Part shown: positions 15,800 to 18,426 of the stretch, one piece after another
How the letters are laid out: every line of letters begins with the position of its first letter
Position numbering within the stretch: position 1 is the stretch's first letter
From: Candidatus Heimdallarchaeota archaeon
Lineage (GTDB): Archaea > Asgardarchaeota > Heimdallarchaeia > Heimdallarchaeales > Heimdallarchaeaceae
NCBI GenBank assembly: GCA_016839945.1
Contig: JAEOTE010000052.1
Span: forward strand, 1-18,426
Direction of reading: 5' to 3'
DNA: 18,426 bases
Position numbers and translations under genes: made by a program
The notes under the pieces: generated by a model
The model's database searches: none
What the model was told of the DNA's origin: nothing
What the model saw: only the letters and a program-made list of their open reading frames with translations

Positions 15800-17077
15800 T
15801 TAATATACGCTCTCAGAAACAGTTATGTCCTTGCTAATTACCCAAGATTTTCCTTGTTTTTTCCAGAAATAGATGAACGTTTTTTCGTAATTTAGCAAAT
15901 CCTTCCCATTTTTTAATATTGATTTGTATTTACTATTTTCAACAACGCTGTTGTCTAGAAAGTAATATTGTTCAGCACAAATACTGTGTTCAATGATATC
16001 ATCAAAACTTGGAAAATTATTTCTATAATTTCCAACTCCTTTAATAACAAAACCATTTGGGAGAAATAATTCAAAATCTTCGGTATAGAATTTTAGAACT
16101 TTTTCTAAATCTTTGTTTGAAATAAATTCTAACATTTGACGTTTTTTTTCTTCAATTTCATTTATTGTTTGTTCTTGTACAATGGTTTTATATTGTTGTC
16201 TGATTGTTTCAACCCAATTAGTTATACTTTTATTATAGAATTCTACTAATCTCTCTTCTAAAATAGAACTGTCAGGTTCTATATTTTCCCTAAACATAAG
16301 TTTCATCTCTCTAAAGAGATCATCGAAATATTCTACAGTATTTGATACTTCCTTCAATGAAACAACTTGACCGTGACCTGGAATAACGGTGTCTATGTTA
16401 AGCTTCTCAATCTGTTTTAAAACAGATATAGTCTTTTCATTTAACCCGTATCTATAAAATTGCATAGGATAACCAGGGAAACCATCTTTTCCTCTTTCAG
16501 GATTTGTGGCAAGATTATCGCCAACATGAATCAGATTATCTAAAGGTAGATGAACAATAGCAGAGCATTTTGAATGACCTCCAGTGACCTCAAAAGCAAT
16601 TTTTCTATTATTATCACCAAATTCAAACTTATCTTTAACAATAATTGTTGGGGAAATTAGATTTGCTTTTGGAAAATATTCCCAATGTATTTGACGACTT
16701 ATGGGAACTTCTTGATTGCTCTCTTTAGCTTGTTTTTTCCACATCTCAACGTATTTTTCTCTTTTTTCTTTAGTTAAGTAGAAGTTTATATCTGTAAGAA
16801 ACTGGTTGTATCCACTCTCTGCAGCAACTATTTCAGTATCTTTGAAAGCTTCAATACCTCCATAGTGATCAAAGTGATAATGTGTTATAAGAAGGTGAGA
16901 TGCTTTCTTGTTGAATCTTTTTTCCATATCTATTCTGAATTTCAACGCTAAATCGTAATTTCTTCCAGTATCTATGAAAACTAAATTATCATCCAATTCT
17001 ATGCATGTTAGATTAGCATCGTAATTGTTTTCTAGCATTATGATGCCTTTTCCCAGTTGAACGATTGTTTCTGACAT
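15800..17077 (-). CDS. MBL-fold metallo-hydrolase fused to C-terminal NTF2/SnoaL-like (DUF4440-like) domain
   Basis: VFIDTG, THYHFDHYGG (HxHxDH), GGHS, VGDNL, IPGHG form a complete metal site. C-terminal DLEKVLKFYTED..LFLPNG..IKG...YFWKKQGKSWVI is NTF2-like. Start MSETIV (17077) preferred over 17149, which runs through promoter repeats. Confidence 0.88.
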   Translation of the reverse strand: MSETIVQLGKGIIMLENNYDANLTCIELDDNLVFIDTGRNYDLALKFRIDMEKRFNKKASHLLITHYHFDHYGGIEAFKDTEIVAAESGYNQFLTDINFYLTKEKREKYVEMWKKQAKESNQEVPISRQIHWEYFPKANLISPTIIVKDKFEFGDNNRKIAFEVTGGHSKCSAIVHLPLDNLIHVGDNLATNPERGKDGFPGYPMQFYRYGLNEKTISVLKQIEKLNIDTVIPGHGQVVSLKEVSNTVEYFDDLFREMKLMFRENIEPDSSILEERLVEFYNKSITNWVETIRQQYKTIVQEQTINEIEEKKRQMLEFISNKDLEKVLKFYTEDFELFLPNGFVIKGVGNYRNNFPSFDDIIEHSICAEQYYFLDNSVVENSKYKSILKNGKDLLNYEKTFIYFWKKQGKSWVISKDITVSESVY

Positions 17078-17105
17078 TGCTATTTCTCTTCTTCTCCAAA
17101 CCTTT

Positions 17106-17159
17106 AAAAACTTTTTGACCGTTAAAAACATTTTAATAGTAAAAAACATTTTAATAAAT
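17106..17159. repeat. Three tandem 18-bp units (AAAAACwTTTwrAyngtw-like), probable operator array
   Basis: aaaaactttttgaccgtt / aaaaacattttaatagta / aaaaacattttaataaat starting at 17106, 17124, 17142; units 2 and 3 share a perfect 15-mer. Confidence 0.65.
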
Positions 17160-17206
17160 ATAAGAAAAATAGAAGTTAAGAACTGATAGTAGTTGTGTGA
17201 CTAGAA

Positions 17207-17932
17207 ATGAGTAAAGAAAAATCAAAAATATTTGATCCAAGAAACAGACAAATTCTTTATGCTTTCTGGGATTCATTGCCTAAAATTAAGTTTGTGAAGG
17301 ATGCTGAGAACATCTATTATGCTCATGCAGCAAGACAATTAATACTAAAAGCTTTAGGAGAGGGATTAAAAGAAGAAATAGACGGCGATGAAAAAATTCG
17401 TAGAGCCCTGAATGCTCAAGAAATATTTCAAAGAATCAATGTATATAGAGAAGAAGAAAGATCTATAGAAGGAATAGATTGGAAAAACTTTGATGTAAGT
17501 TTACACAGTTTATATTTTCATATACAAAAAATGGAAGAAATAGGATTAATAAAGACTGTTTCAATTTTGCGTGAAGGAAGACACAATGTTTCTTATTATG
17601 GTCGAGTTGCTCAAGTACTTATTTTTAGAATCGATTATGAGGAATATGAAAAAATAAAAAATGCATTTGATGCCATGGCTAAGCTTGGTCATTTAAATGA
17701 ACCAAAATTTCAACCAGAGAAGATCCTTGAATTTTATGATAAATACATCTCAATTGGTCAAAATCATTCTAAGCAATTATTTGAGTTACTCTCAAATTAT
17801 GAATTAGCATTAGATAAAGCAGAAGTCGATCCTGGTGATATTCTAAATTTCATTGAACTGTTGTTTACAGTAAATCCAGAGTATATTAAATTAATAGAAG
17901 AGATTAAACAATACTTGAATTTAGGTTTGTAA
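17207..17932 (+). CDS. Winged helix-turn-helix (ArsR-like) transcriptional regulator with helical C-terminal domain
   Basis: RQLILKAL, RRALNAQEI, SLHSLYFHIQKMEEIGLIKTV recognition helix, wing EGRHNVSYYGR; divergent from the MBL cluster. Confidence 0.8.
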   Translation: MSKEKSKIFDPRNRQILYAFWDSLPKIKFVKDAENIYYAHAARQLILKALGEGLKEEIDGDEKIRRALNAQEIFQRINVYREEERSIEGIDWKNFDVSLHSLYFHIQKMEEIGLIKTVSILREGRHNVSYYGRVAQVLIFRIDYEEYEKIKNAFDAMAKLGHLNEPKFQPEKILEFYDKYISIGQNHSKQLFELLSNYELALDKAEVDPGDILNFIELLFTVNPEYIKLIEEIKQYLNLGL

Positions 17933-18001
17933 AACTTCAATTTATCTAACGCTAGATATGAAAGTTTTATATGATAACCTCTGGAGTTCTATTAGAGATA
18001 A

Positions 18002-18426
18002 ATGAATGCAAAGTCTGAAGTTAATGTATTGTGTATTTGGCAACCTAATGAGCAGTTGAAGGAATATTTGATCAAAGGCTTGAAGGATTATCCCCAAGTT
18101 AATCTTATTATTCCTAAAGATGCATCAAATGAAACCTTTTTACAATTAGTAGAAGAATATAATCCTGAGATTATAATGGGTTGGAGACCGACTAAGGAAC
18201 TGCTAGAAACAGCAAAGAAGCTCAAACTTTTCATAAATCCTGGAGCTGGAATTCAGCATTTGATACCTCTTTTTAAAGAACTAACAAAAGAACGTGATGT
18301 TACACTAGTTAATGGACATGGCAATTCTTATTTTACAGCTCAACATGCAGTAGCTCTACTATTAGCATTGTCAAATAAAATTATAAAACATCATTCTTGG
18401 ATGGTTCAAGGTTTATGGAGGAGAGG
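18002..18426 (+). CDS. D-isomer-specific 2-hydroxyacid dehydrogenase family, N-terminal part (3' truncated by window edge)
   Basis: MNAKSEVNVLCIW...ELLETAKKLKLFINPGAGIQHL...VTLVNGHGNSYFTAQHAVALLLALSNKI..HHSWMVQGLWRR; open to the window end; GAAAG-TTTTATA promoter at ~17960-17971. Not in the supplied ORF track. Confidence 0.88.
   Translation, partial: MNAKSEVNVLCIWQPNEQLKEYLIKGLKDYPQVNLIIPKDASNETFLQLVEEYNPEIIMGWRPTKELLETAKKLKLFINPGAGIQHLIPLFKELTKERDVTLVNGHGNSYFTAQHAVALLLALSNKIIKHHSWMVQGLWRR

Overview
AT-rich archaeal chromosomal segment. TATA/BRE promoters, GGTGA-type ribosome-binding sites, archaeal-style tRNAs, a NosD-type surface protein and a large winged-helix regulator suggest an Asgard (Heimdallarchaeia-like) archaeon; this is an inference, not a database result. 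Left part: 3' end of a hydantoinase B/oxoprolinase gene, an enoyl-CoA hydratase + DtxR-family regulator pair, a beta-helix surface protein, cysS, and an SDR epimerase / UPF0104 flippase-like / GT2 glycosyltransferase cluster. Three intron-less, CCA-encoding tRNA genes are present: Ala-TGC, Thr-TGT and Asn-GTT. Right part: methyltransferase, csaA, GrpB, serine hydrolase, a Cys-less class V PLP enzyme, a 4-gene minus-strand cluster (MBL-NTF2 fusion, TIGR04076-like, NTF2-like, LLM oxidoreductase) divergent from a wHTH regulator, and the 5' part of a D-2-hydroxyacid dehydrogenase. The most notable unexplained element is the ~540-bp intergenic region 8213-8752. It carries three ORB-like boxes (one with a G-string) plus extra repeats, so it is a candidate replication origin with no orc1/cdc6 gene in the window, and it sits next to an apparently catalytically dead MazG-fold gene. 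Other notable signals: a probable ATT start codon, a tRNA-Asn with C54 and G21, a DtxR-type operator, and an 18-bp tandem operator-like array.
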